64,000 nt of DNA from Lama guanicoe (taxonomy: Eukaryota): positions 248,001 through 312,000 of the forward strand of contig MU054033.1 in NCBI GenBank assembly GCA_013239625.1, written 5' to 3'. The stretch's first letter is position 1, and the number at the start of each line of letters is the position of its first letter. The position numbers were made by a program, and so were the translations under genes. Of the stretch, positions 49,995-61,839 are shown one piece after another. The notes beneath the pieces are model-generated. The model made no database searches and was not told the DNA's origin. It saw only the letters and a program-made list of their open reading frames with translations.

Positions 49995-50895
49995 GGTTGG
50001 TTCCTGGCTGCTACCCAGAGAATAGAAACTTAAGATTCACACAAAAACCTGTCTACAGATGTTCTTAGCAGCTTTATTGGAAATAGTGCAAAACTGGAAA
50101 TACCACCGATGTCCTTCAGTGAAACGATGGATAAGCCAACTGTGGTCCATCCATACTATGGAATACTGTTTTGCAAAAAAAAAAAAGTAATTATATGTAC
50201 AGACATCAAATTAGATAACTCTCAAAGACATTCTGTTGAGTGAAAGGAGCTAGTTTCAAAAGGGTATGTAGGGAAGGGAAAAAAAACTTCTACCCTCTTA
50301 GGTTCTGTCACTGGGGCCTGGGAATTAAACTGACAAAAGGAGAAAAGTTGTACTGACTTGATGGATGTTGATATTTTTATGTGCATGACGGCATCACAGG
50401 AGAAAAAATGAAAACCCAAAGGAGTGGTCAGACTTGAGTGCTTATATACCGTATAAACAAAGGGTGATACATCGTGGAGACATGATTAGACAAAGGAAAA
50501 GAGTCTGGGCTTCTAGCGGTAGGAGACTGAGAAAGTGACTAGGGAATGTACATGGGAGACGAGTGGTCGGTAAGGGGGGTTATTTAGTAAGATTTGCTCA
50601 CGCAGGTGCATCTTGGTGCCACCTTTCAGGATGGCGGCGAGGGCTGCCCTTCCCATCACAGCATGAGAGGTGGGGACGCCGCCACAAAGGGAGATTTATG
50701 TCCTGATTTTAGGCCGATGAGGGAGGGCAAGGAGCCCTTTCTGTCTCTGCTGTTTCTCAGTTGTCTTTAGCTCAAAATAATTTTTGTGCCAACGTGGCGT
50801 ATTTGAGGGTGGCATGTTCTGATCCCCTTGAGCTATATACTGTGTGATTCACTTTTTCTCCAAAAGATAAAACTAGAGAGATGGAGAAACAAAGC

Positions 50896-50938
<43 letters not shown>

Positions 50939-51080
50939 CGTGTGGGCGTGGTATGGATGTGATGGTAGAGGGTAAGAATGAGAAGAATTTTTTGGGTGAT
51001 GAAACAGTTTGATGGAGATGGTGGTTGCAGTGAAATGAATCTCTTGTGTTAAAATGCACAGGTTTTTTTTTTTTAACAAA
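49995..51080 (+). mobile_element. L1MC/MD-like 3' region interrupted by an LTR
   Basis: cacacaaaaacctgtctacagatgttc...ccatccatactatggaatact...tttcaaaagggta [LTR] gctatatactgtgtgattc. Contains (TG)n at ~50898-50937. Confidence 0.75.
50267..50831 (-). mobile_element. ERV1 solo LTR (MER34/MER39-like)
   Basis: The reverse complement begins tcaaggggatcagaacatgccaccctcaaatacgccacgttggcacaaaaattattttgagctaaag and ends ...ctaca. Flanked by ggta/gcta (4-bp TSD, one mismatch). Confidence 0.8.
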
Positions 51081-53671
51081 TAAAAGTCACTGAAAATGCA
51101 GACAAAACAAACCAAACCCCAGTGCATCAGTGAATAACCACATGCACATATCCTTTCACACCTACAGGAGCTCATTTTGTAGGATGGGTTTCCTAGAGGT
51201 GGGCTTGTGGGGTCACAGATGTGTGCCTCTGCAAGTGACAGAGACAGGTCACGGTCCTCTGAAGTTGGTCCCAGTTACACCCGCGTCTCCACTGACCCTC
51301 AGCCTGGCCTGGTTCCTGTGTGATCTGGCCTCGTGGTCTGTGCTAGGTGATGGGGAACGCCATCCATTTTAAAACCCCGTGCAACATTTGTTTCCTGGAC
51401 CACGCACAGGCCAGAGACACACAAGTGGACCATCCTGCACCGGGATGGTTTTCAACAGCCAGCGTTCATCCACTTGACCTTCAGTTAAGCTGAAAGAGCG
51501 AGCTCCCAACAGCAGCCTGTCAGCGGGAGTTTGGCCCTCTCTGTGTGCCTGTCGTTTGGGACTCGGTGGTGGAGCAGCCCCAAGGCCCCGCCCCTCAGGC
51601 CTTGGCCACAGTCCCCCTGTCGGCAGGTGAGATGGCCCCAGGGATTTCTGGACGAAGCACAGCAGCCCTGGAGTCCTGATTTCTTTCTGGAGTCCACCTT
51701 TTCCTAATCCTGCTGCGTATCACAGAGCTCCTGGTCTCTGCCAGGCCTCCGGGGTCGGCCGGTTTGCCCCGCCAGTGCCTGCCCCAGCGGACACGGGGGA
51801 GGGGGGCGGTGGCGTGTCCTCACGCGCAGGGTGCGTCCGCGCTGGAAGCTTGCTGTCATTATTCCCTCGTGAAAGCTGCCATCTAGTCTTTCTCGGGGTC
51901 TCCTATCTCACCCCCTTTTAGCACAAGGCCTTGGGGTCAGTCAGGACCAAAAGCAGCTTGGTGAGAGGATACCCTGAAGCTTTTCAGGCTGTGTCCAGCA
52001 CCCTGCTCTGCAAATCTTGTTACCTGCCGGGTGGTTCCCGTGTTCAGAGCATCCTCGGGAGCTCATGCTGGGGAAGCAGAGCTGCGTGCAGACCCAGTGA
52101 CTGCCCAGCGTCCCCTGTGGGGTGACGCCTCTGTGTGCAGTGCACTGCCACACATGTCAGGGCCCAGGTCCCTGCTGTAAGTCCCTTACACACAAAAGTG
52201 CTGGTGGGAGGAACAGTGAGGTGGGTGTGGGTACGATCCGGTGTTCTGTGTTGGAGTTGTCCGTGCTGCTGGAGGACTGAGGCCCAGGAGGCACCTCGTT
52301 GGATGCCTTGGTCTGACATCCCCATTTTTGCCAAACTTTACCCTCCAGGATGGAGACTTCCCAGGCCTTTACTCCCCTCGACGCTTACGTGGTGTTGACC
52401 TTGGCGTCTGTTTTGGTGAATATTTTATACGGGGCTGTGGTCCATTCTAAGCTCCTTGCTGTCGACCAGCCAGTGCAAGTGGAAGAAAGGCTAGTTTGCA
52501 TAAATAATGGGTCTCTTTGGAAACATGGCTGTGAACTTGACTGCATCCTAGTAACTAAGTCTGAAACCGCTGGGAAAGGGTTTGCGGGTTTGGGGTGCGT
52601 GTTGGAGCAGTTTGGTCCATGCTGGGAGCTCCTGGCCCCTTTGCCTCCTCCATGTCTCCTTCAGGTCCAGCCGGCTTTCAGTCTCACCGGACTTCTGTGT
52701 GTTTCGTGTTTGCATTTTTATTACAACGAGAAAACACAGGTGGGTGAGACCACAGGGTTTTCCTGCCCTTGTGTAAGGGCACACGTTTCCTCTGATAGTC
52801 AGGTGTCCGGGCAGCTCAAGTCTCTGTCCAGCCAGCGACAGCATCCCCACCTTTCTCTGTAACCCTAGCCAGGGTACCAGCGGGCGGCTGGCCCGCGGGT
52901 GCTGTCCAACACGCGGATGTCGGCAGCGTCTGCAATGATGTCACTCTCTGAGAAGCCGAGTTGTTATGAGAAACCAACAGAAACATGGCCGGTGTCACAG
53001 AGAAGTGAGGTCCTAAGGTTGGTCCTGCCCCCTCCTTCCCTTCTCAGCTGTGACCTCTCCCTGCTGAGGGATCCCAGGTCAGAAGCACCTGGCGCTGGGT
53101 GCCGGGCGCTGGGCGCTGGTGCTGGGTTGCTGGTACCAGTGGCCATGGGGCCATCCCATGGAAGAAGGAGCCATGACCTTGGCCTGGAAGATGCTCACAG
53201 TGGCCCACAGGCCCTCCCTGGCTTCAGAGGCATCTCCCAACTGAGTTGGAAGAGGAAATGAATTAGAAAAAAGCGGGCAGATGGACAAGAAGAATAGAAA
53301 TCTCGACTTCTGTGTACGGAACGTAAAGCACAGTCTGAGAGGTTTTGCATGAATCTCGGCAAATTGGCACCCGGGGCAGTGAGGCCTCAGCGCTGCTCTG
53401 CTTTTCGGGAGATGGAGACGCCAGCAAACCATTTCTCTTGCTCGTAAGTGGCAGAGGCAGGATTTGCACGGGCATCTAACTGTAAAGATCGGGCTTTTTT
53501 TTTTTTTTTTTAATGCACCAGCACCTTTCGAGGGCTCGGTTTCTGTTTGTGGACCTGGGACAAGGATAGGCAACACTGGGTGAGACTATAGCTGAATTTT
53601 ACTTCAACTCTCAGGCTTGCTGGCTCAAGACTGAGAACCTGCAGGAAAACAGAAGGTAAAAAGGAGTGGAG

Positions 53672-54219
53672 CAGAGGTTCCCAACCTTGCACCGCTGACG
53701 TTTTGGGGCCCGATAGTTCTCTGTGGTGGGGGCTGTCCTGAGTGTTGAAGGTGTTTAAGCAGCATCCCTGGCCTCGACTCACTGGATACCCAGTGCACCT
53801 CGCCCCCAGTCTGACAGTCAAAAATGTCTCCAAAAAAGAAAGAAAAAAAAAAGAAAAAGGAGGACACCATGAACTCATCTAAAAAACAGAAACAGACTCA
53901 CGGACACAGTAAACGATCTTATGGTTATCGGAGGGGAAAGGATACATTTGGGAATTCGAGATTTGCAAATGTTAACCACTGTATATAAAAATAGACAAAA
54001 AACAGATTTCGTTTGTATAGCACAGGGAACTATATTCAATATCTTGAAAGAGAATATGGAAACGAATACATGTATGTGTATGCATGACGGGGACATTGTG
54101 CTGGACACCAGAGACTGACACATGGTAACTGACTGTACTTCAGTTAAAAAAAAAAGAGTTCCCAGGTCTTGTCAGGTGTACCCGGGGGGCAAAGTCCTTT
54201 TCACCCACTGAGAACCACT
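53672..54219 (+). mobile_element. MER20 hAT transposon split by an L1 insertion
   Basis: cagaggttcccaacct...ggggctgtcctg...agcagcatccctggcctc...aaaaatgtctcca [L1] ...ggggggcaaa...ctgagaaccact, with both terminal inverted repeats (TIRs) present. Confidence 0.85.
53832..54155 (+). mobile_element. Camelid L1 3'UTR inserted in MER20
   Basis: A-run, then gacaccatgaactcatctaaaaaacagaaacagactcac...gggaattcgagatttgcaaatg...gtatagcacagggaactatattcaatatc...actgactgtacttcagttaaaaaaaaaa. Confidence 0.9.
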
Positions 54220-56129
54220 AAAGGCAAGAAACCCTCAAGGAGGGCAGAGAGGGAGTTGGAGCAGGAAACAGAAAAGGGGTTCACTGCAGCTTCCTCTAGC
54301 CCTCACACGTGCAGATCCCCAAAACGAAAAGGAGAAATAACGAAATTAAAGTGGGAGAGAGGGAGAAGAGAGGAGGGGTGTGTGTGCACGTGTGCATGAG
54401 AGAGAGAGATGAATTGATCTTTGAACTTGGTTGTTCTGTTTGAAAAATTCTCCATAAGCAGATCTCCCCCCAAAAGGGGGTTCTGTTCATGAGAAATTAT
54501 CTTCTGACGAGCAGGGAGGGGATTAGCTTTCCTCTGGCTGGCAGTCTCTCCATTCTGCCTCCCTCATCCCGGAGTCGCCCCCCACAACCCCAGCCTCACA
54601 GAGATGTCACGGGAAGAAATTGGATTTCCTCTGAGTTATGCATCGGGAAAGAAGGTCTGAGGAAGGCAGCCCACAGCGCTGGAAGGTTGGGTAGGAGGCG
54701 CCTCATGCTCCCGTTTTCCTGGACCGGGAAGGAAAGCCTGGGGACGTCAGCCCACGTTGTTACCTTCATCAGGTCACGTGTTCCTTGTTACAACTGAGTA
54801 AAGCCGTGCGGTTGGAGCCCCAGGGGTGACTCTGAGTCCCCGGGTCACGTGCGTGTGCCTGCTTCCTGGGTGTCCCGCGAGTGTGTACGTTCACGCGTGC
54901 TTTTGTGATAATGACGGGGGGGGGGTTCCCCAGTGCCGTTTGGTTGTTAAGGCAAAAGTGCTTTAAAATATCGAGCAGAGGGCACACCTGCAGCCTCTAG
55001 AGACAGAAAAGGCAAGCCCCCCGTGGTGATTACCCATGATTGATTAGTTCAGGGCTTCTGGCTGTGAAAAGAAAAAAGCCTCAAAGGAAAGCCTGAAACC
55101 ACCATGATTTATGAGTTTAAGGATCTACGTTAGGTAAAACGACATATTGAAAAATGTCCCTTTCTATAGGGGCAGGGGAAATAAGTCGTGTCTGGTGGTA
55201 GGACTGCTAACTGAATTCTTCCAATAAATTCTTAAAGGAGACGCGGAATGACAAGGACATTAATTGATAGGAAAAAAATCCCCGTTGGCAATTACATGCA
55301 TTTTTATGATAACCACTGGCAATGGTTTATATTGCTTTAATGTATTCAATATTAATGCTGCAATATTGTAACAATAAAATACAAATGTGTATGTTGATGT
55401 TGTAAGAGCCTTTGCCTTTCCAGATGAAGAAATCAGAAGTCCCCCAGTGTTTTCCACCGCAGCGAAAGACACTCAGGAAATAGAATATAAAGACTTTATC
55501 AAGTTGTTTCCAATGCATGGGGGAGGGGCTCGCAGGGACCCTAAATATAGCTGCATCTCTTTCTGTGCAGTAGAAATATTTTGTTATATAGTTTAATTGT
55601 TGACATTCTTTAAAAAAAATTCAGAGAATCTCATTCACAAAATTTCCAAGGGGGAATTATTTTGTTTTACTCTAAAAAAAAAAGTAGGTTCTTTTTGGAA
55701 AAGGTTAAATGCGCTAAAACGATTCGGATGCAGGCTGCCCCACTGTGTCCCCACCTAAAGTGTTCACACTGACCTGTTTCTTGTGTAGCTTCTGTGACTA
55801 TAAATAGCCCAGCCTGTGTGTGACCGGAGGCGGCCGTGTGCTGTTGGTTCTCATCCTGCTTTGCCCACTCCGGAGTCTGTCTTCACCATCTTTCTGCATC
55901 TTGTGCACAGGGTCACTTCATGCTGCCAGCCTGAAATAGAGACGTTTGAAATTCTTTATCAAGGATGGTGTGTGTATGTGTATGTGTGTGTGTGTGTGTG
56001 TAGACCAGACAATCCATGAAAAGGAGTCTAGCCCCCAGCATGGGTTAAGGGCTTAAAACTTGTGACAGTTGCTATCATGATTATTTAGGTACCACGTTTA
56101 TTATGATCTATTACATGTAACCATTCTGC

Positions 56130-59100
56130 GTCAAACCAGTACTGGCTGTCTGTACTTTGTTGAGAACTTTTACATCTATACCAATAAAAAATATTGATGT
56201 GTAGTTCTGTTTTTCTTGCAGTGTGTTTGTCTGGTTTTGGTATCAGGAAACACTGTCTTATAGAAGAGGTTGGAAGGTATCCCCTCTTTGATTTTCTGAA
56301 CGAGTCTGCGAAGGATTGGTATTAATTCTTCTCAAAATGTTCGGAGAAGCTGAATGGTCCTGTGCTTTTGTTTTTTTCCCCCGGGAAGTTTTCTGATTAC
56401 TGATCAAATCTCTTTACTTCTTACATGTCTGTTCAGATTTTCTATTTCTTCTTGAGTCAGTTTCAGTACTTGTGTTTCTGCAGGAATTTGTCCGTTTCAT
56501 CTAGATTATCGGGTTTGTGGGCACACGGTGGTTCCTAGTCTTCTCTTTCAGCTCTTTTTATTTCTGTAGGGTTGTGGTAATGTCCCCTCTTTCATTTCTG
56601 GTTGTAACAGCTTGCGTCTTCTCTCTTTTTTTATTGGTCACCCGAGCTAAAAGTTTGTCGATTTTGCAGATCTTTTCAAAGAACCAACTTCTTGTTTTAT
56701 TGATTTTTCCCTATTGTTTCTCTATTCTCTATTTTATTTATTTCTGCTCAAATATTTATTCTTTCCTTTCCTCTGCTGGCTTTGTGTTTAGTTTGCTTTT
56801 TTTAAAAAAAAATAAGTCCTTAAGGTGTAAAGTTAGATTATTGATTTGAGACCACCTTCTTTTTAATGAAGACATTTAAAGCTATAACTTTTCTTATAAG
56901 CACCGCCTTAGCTGTACTCTGTACGATTTGTTATGTTGTGTTTGATTTTTGCTGCCCTCAAAGTATTTTCTAATCTCCCTTGTGGTTTCTTCTGTGACAT
57001 ATTGGTTATTTAGGTATATTTTGTTTAATATCCATGTATTTGTGAATTTCCCAAATTTTCTGCTGTTTAATTAATTTCTAGCTTCATTCTGCTGTTAGAG
57101 AATATACTCTGTATGGTTTTAATCCTTCTAAATTTATCGACTCATTTTATGGCCTAGAATATGGTCTGTCCTGGAGGATGTTCTGTGGAAGCTTGAGAAG
57201 AATATGTGTCCTGCTGTTGGGCTGGAAATGTTCTGTAGTTTTAGGTCTAATTGGTTTGTAGTATTGGGTTTTTAAAATTTTTTATTGAAGTATACAGTTG
57301 ATTTTATTTATAATATGTTAGTTTCTGGTATACAGCAAAGTGATTCAGTTACATATACATGTGTGTTTATATATATATGTCTATATATACATATTGTTGT
57401 CCATTATGATTTATGACAGGGTATTGAATATAGTTCCCAGTGATATACAGTAGGAACCCTGTTGTTTTTTGACTTTATATATAGTAATTTTCATCTGCTA
57501 ATCCCACACTCCTGATTTACCCCTCCCCTCCCCATTTTACCCCCTGGTAACAGCAAGTTTGTTTTCTGTATCTGTGAGTCTGTTTCTGTTTTGTATATAA
57601 GTTCATTTGTGTCCTTGTTTTTTAGATTGAACATATGAGAGCTATCGCATGATATTTGTCTTTCTCTGTCTGACTGACTTCTCTTAGTATGACAATCTCC
57701 AGGTCCATGTGTGTTACTGCAAATGGCATCATTTCATTTTTTATGGCTGAGTAGTATTCCATTATAGATCTATACCACATCTTCTTTATCCAGTCATCTG
57801 TCGATAGACATCTAGGTTGCTTCCATGTCTTGGCTGATGTAAGTAGTGCTGCCATGAACACTGGGGTGCATGTGTCTTTTCTAATTAGAGTTTCCTCCAA
57901 ATGTATGTCCAGGAGTGGGATTGCAGAATCATATGGCAACTCTAATTTTAGTTTTTTAAGTAACCTCCATTCTATTTTCCATGGTGGCTGCACCAATTTA
58001 TTTGTATCATATCCACATATAAGTTGTATCATATAGTATTTGTCTTTTCTGATTACTATTTGCATGATATGTCTTTTCAGCCTATTTATGTTTCTGAATA
58101 TGAAATATCTCTTGTAAATAGTGAATAATTTGTTTAATCCATTCTGCCAACTTCTGTGTTTTGATTTGTCCTTTTAATCCATTTTTAGTTTACTTAGTGA
58201 TTAATTTTGTCATTTATGTGTATCGATATACCCTTTATATTCTTTCTTACATATATATATAATTTAAAAAATTATTTTCTTATTGGCTGCCATAAGGGTC
58301 ACTGTTATCATGTTACTTTTTAAAAAATCTAGTTCAGGTGAATACTAACTTAATTTTAAACCTAAATACTTTACTTCCACATATGTCATCTCTCCCCTCT
58401 TCTCTGAACTATTACTGTCGTACAGATTACGTCTTTATATGTTTTAAGTCCATCAACAGTTTTATAATTATCGTTGGATGAAGTAGTCTTTTAAAACAAA
58501 TAGGAGGGAAAAAGAGTTACAAACAAAAATATGTTCACATTGTCTTTCATGATATCTATGTAGTGACCTCACTCACTGGGCCTGTTTTATTTCTTTGCAT
58601 AAGTTACAATTCCTTCCGGTGTGCTTTCATGTCATCTTGAATGACTCCCTGTACTGTTTCTTGTAGACCAGTCGGCTAATAACAGATTTCCTCTTTTTTT
58701 TGTTGTTGTTGTTGATTTGGAAGTGACCTAACTTCTTCATTTTTGAAGAAGTGTTTAGCTAGACACGGGATTCTTGGTTGACAGTCTTTTTTTCCCCGGC
58801 AACAATATCTCATCACACTGGGTTTCTGATGAAAAGCCAGCTCTTCGTGCTCCTTAAGGGTCCCTTGGATGTGATGAGTCGTTTCTCTTGCTGCTTTGTG
58901 TATTCTGTGTTTTAGTTTTTTAACAGGTTGTTTACGATGTATCCAGTCTGGATAGCTTAGCACTTAACCCTTCCTGCAGTTCCTCGATTTTCCCAAGTGT
59001 GTCAGTTCATACTTTTAATCGAATTCGGTTAGTCTTTGGTCATTATTTCCTCAAATATTGTCTCTGCCTTTCTCTTCTTCTGGACCCCACCATGTATGTA

Positions 59101-59700
59101 TTTGGTACTTTTGTTTGTGTCCCACAGGTCTCTTAGGCTCTGTTACTTTTCTTCATTCTTCTAATTTCCTTCCCTCCAGACTGGACATTCATCCCCTTAG
59201 ACAGTGGAGCGTCTTCCAGTTCACTGATTCTTGATTCTTGTACCATCGCAAACCTGCCGTTGTTCCTGCGTCGTGAATTTCAGTCGTACCTTCAGCCGTA
59301 GAACTTCTGAGTCTTTTCATTTCTATCACTTGATTCATATTCTTTATTTGGTGAGTTAGCGCTGTTGTAATTTCCTTCAATTCTTTATTTCTTTAAACAT
59401 ATTTATGATCGTCTTGGCCCCCTTTTCTGTTGGGCGATTTTTTCCTTCCTGTGCATGCGGCATGCTTCCCTGTTTCCTCACATGCCTGTGGAGGTCTTTG
59501 TTTTAAACGGGTCGTTTTTAGATAATAATATTTCAGTGACACTGGTAGCAAATTCCTCACATCCTTCAAAGCTTTTTGCTGCTGCTCTGGTTTTTGTATC
59601 TGTTTCATTTTGGCCGTTGTTGGTGGGTTGGTTTGTTTTTTCATTGCTGTTCACTTGTTTAGTGTCTTTCCTTTCCTGATTCTGCAGGTTCCGTATCTCT
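56130..59700 (-). mobile_element. Long decayed old LINE-1 (L1M-type) ORF1/ORF2 region
   Basis: T-rich + strand with L1 antisense motifs (tctggttttggtatcagg, gatcttttcaaagaaccaactt, gcttgagaagaatatgtgtcctgctgttgg, attcttggttgacag, ccctccagactgga). No long open frame. Confidence 0.8.
57268..58000 (-). mobile_element. Younger cetartiodactyl L1 3' portion nested in the old L1
   Basis: Poly-T tail and 3'UTR. ORF2 C-terminal peptide LELPYDSAIPLLDIH...TCTPVFMAALLTSAKTWKQPRC...DDWIKKMWY (ORF 57622-58065). Confidence 0.92.
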
Positions 59701-59754
59701 TCTAATGTGGAATCTGCTACCGAGTCGTCTACTATTTTCAAGTTATTTTCATTT

Positions 59755-59990
59755 TATTTTTAAGCCACTTTTTTAAGGAATGAGTGGCAGTCAGAAAGCT
59801 TTACGTGTTTCATGTATACGACCGGGTGAGTTCGGGGAGAAGTGTGCGCCCATGAAACCATCACCACAATCATGTCCTGAATGTCCGTCTCCTCCACAGG
59901 CTTCCTCCTGCTCTTATCACTTACTGTTGTTATGGTTGTTGTAATTACGGTTATTTCGTGTGTGTGGTAAGAACACATAACATTAAGTCC
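59755..59990 (-). mobile_element. L1 3' end fragment (L1MB/MC-like)
   Basis: agccacttttttaaggaatgagtggcag...gcccatgaaaccatcaccacaatca...gtggtaagaacacataacat. Confidence 0.65.
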
Positions 59991-60909
59991 CTTACATTCT
60001 TGAGGCTGGATCCCTAGGGAGGCCATCTGTGTCAGCATGCTGTGTGATTAGCCCGTCACCGGTCACGAGACCGTCTTGCACCTTGCGGGGAGGGGACACT
60101 GTCAGAAGGCGTGCCGTCAAACACCAGCCTCCGCTGCCACCTCTTGATTGCACTAGAGAAGCAGGACTGGCGTCTTCTCCCGTCCCAGGTCTTTCTGGGG
60201 CGTGCGCACAGCCGTTTTGATGCTGGAAATATGTCAGCGCGTTTGAAGTTCCCTGTGGTTCTCCGGTTCTTCTGGATTTCCTTTTAAATTCTGGGCTGGG
60301 CTCAAGCTCACCGCAGTTGTGGTCACAGCATCAGGCAGCGGAGGTGTCGCCAGCAGCCTGGGGCTGTCTGGAGAATGCCCCGGGGGCAGGCGCCACCCGC
60401 CACCTCCCCGCAAGCCCATCCCAGCCCCGCTCTGAGTCAAACCTGGAGGTTTCCCAGGGCAAGTCCAGACGGAACGGTGACTGAGGGGTGGCACTCCCAG
60501 CAGAGCTTCAGAAGCATCAGGTCTGCTGGCCGCCTGCAGGGCTGCTGTGTGGGAAGGAAGGGGTGACGGTCGCAGCCCGCGCTAAGCCAGCGCAGCCCTG
60601 CCGTCTTGCCAAGGTTTGGTCATTGGATAGACGGTTCTTCAGTTTGTTCTCTGGCCTGGTTCGTTCTCCAAGTTCTGAAGTGGTTGGTTTTCATTGTTGC
60701 GCCTGTATTTTTGCTGTTTTTCGAGGCAGCCGGAGTTCATCAGTATCCTCAGGCCACCATTCTGGGAGTCGCTCCTCCAGCCCGTCGCCCCGTGAGTCTG
60801 GCCTCTTTACTCAGCCAGGGGCTCCCGGGATGCACCCGCGGTGACCTGCGTACCAGCAGTCGGCTCTTTTTACGGTTGAGTAGCACATGGCACAGTTTTT
60901 TGTTTGTTT

Positions 60910-61435
60910 GTTTGGTTGGTTTTGTTGAGTAAAGGTAGACTTATTTAGAGAGACACATACTGCATAGAGTGCAGGCTGTTTCAGAAGGCAAGAGAAAGGC
61001 GACCCGGTGTGGAAGCTGGGTGCCCAGGTTAAAGTAAAAGTAGGTGCACACTCCGTAGGCAGAATGCGGCCATCTCCGGGGATGAGGGAGCGAGAGAGGT
61101 GGCCAGGAGGCGTGGTGTTTCCTGTTTTTATGGGCCTGGTAGCCTTCTTCAAGTGGGAGGACCATTCCAACTTTCCCGGGGAAGGGGCTGGGATTCCCAG
61201 GAACTGGGCGACAGCCCACCCTTTGACCTTTTGTGGCTAGCCTGGGGCTGTCATGGCGCCTGTGGGCGTGTTATTTATCATGCTGATGTGTTACAATGAG
61301 CATGTAGTGAAGCTCAAGGTCTCCGAGAAGTCAAACCTCCCTCCATCTTAATCCTCAAGGCCAACTGGGAGTTGAATCTTCCACCATTTTGGTGTTACTT
61401 GCTGTCATTCCTTGAATGGCTGGGCCCTGCCCCCT
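60910..61435 (-). mobile_element. ERV1-class solo LTR
   Basis: gtagacttatttagagagacacatac...ttcctgtttttatgggcctgg...ggattcccaggaactgggcgacagcccacc...tgtcatggcgcctgtggg. On the minus strand: a TATA-like ataaaaa and an aaataag poly(A)-signal variant. Confidence 0.7.
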
Positions 61436-61839
61436 GAACGCGCCTGATCTTGGTACAGTTTTAAAGTTGTGAAAGCTGCCTTTTATTCATTTAGAGTTGT
61501 AGAGATGCGTATACACGTCTAAAACAAAGGGCGTGTGGTCAGAGAGACTGGAATGTGGGCCTGCTGGAGCTCCCTGGGGCCTTGCCAGGAATCTCGGGTC
61601 CCAGGGCCGTCAGCAAGGTCAAGTTCAGCAGTGGTTTGGAGGAGCTGGGGCCAGGCTCTGCAGCTGGTGCCACGGGAGCAGTGTTGTACCCTTACCTGCT
61701 TGCAGGAAGAGGAGCTGATGTAGTGAAGAGGCGCTGGTGCAGAGGGCATTGTCCACACCTGGAGCAGGTATGAGCGTCATCCTTTAAAATGTGAGGCGAA
61801 GCTCAGGACTTCACCTCACACGTGAGCGCAGTGGTCCCA

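Noticed and set aside
52350..52862. 170-aa ATG-initiated ORF with a hydrophobic N-terminal segment
   Set aside because: No recognisable homology, promoter or poly(A) context, and the length is attainable by chance. A BLASTP hit or codon-level conservation would reverse this.
57622..58065. 147-aa ORF as a host gene
   Set aside because: It is the C-terminus of L1 ORF2p from a 5'-truncated copy.
47585..61435. Full-length provirus bounded by the ERV1 LTRs
   Set aside because: The three LTRs differ in sequence and are not all in the same orientation. No primer-binding site or gag/pol/env remnants are visible, so they are solo LTRs.
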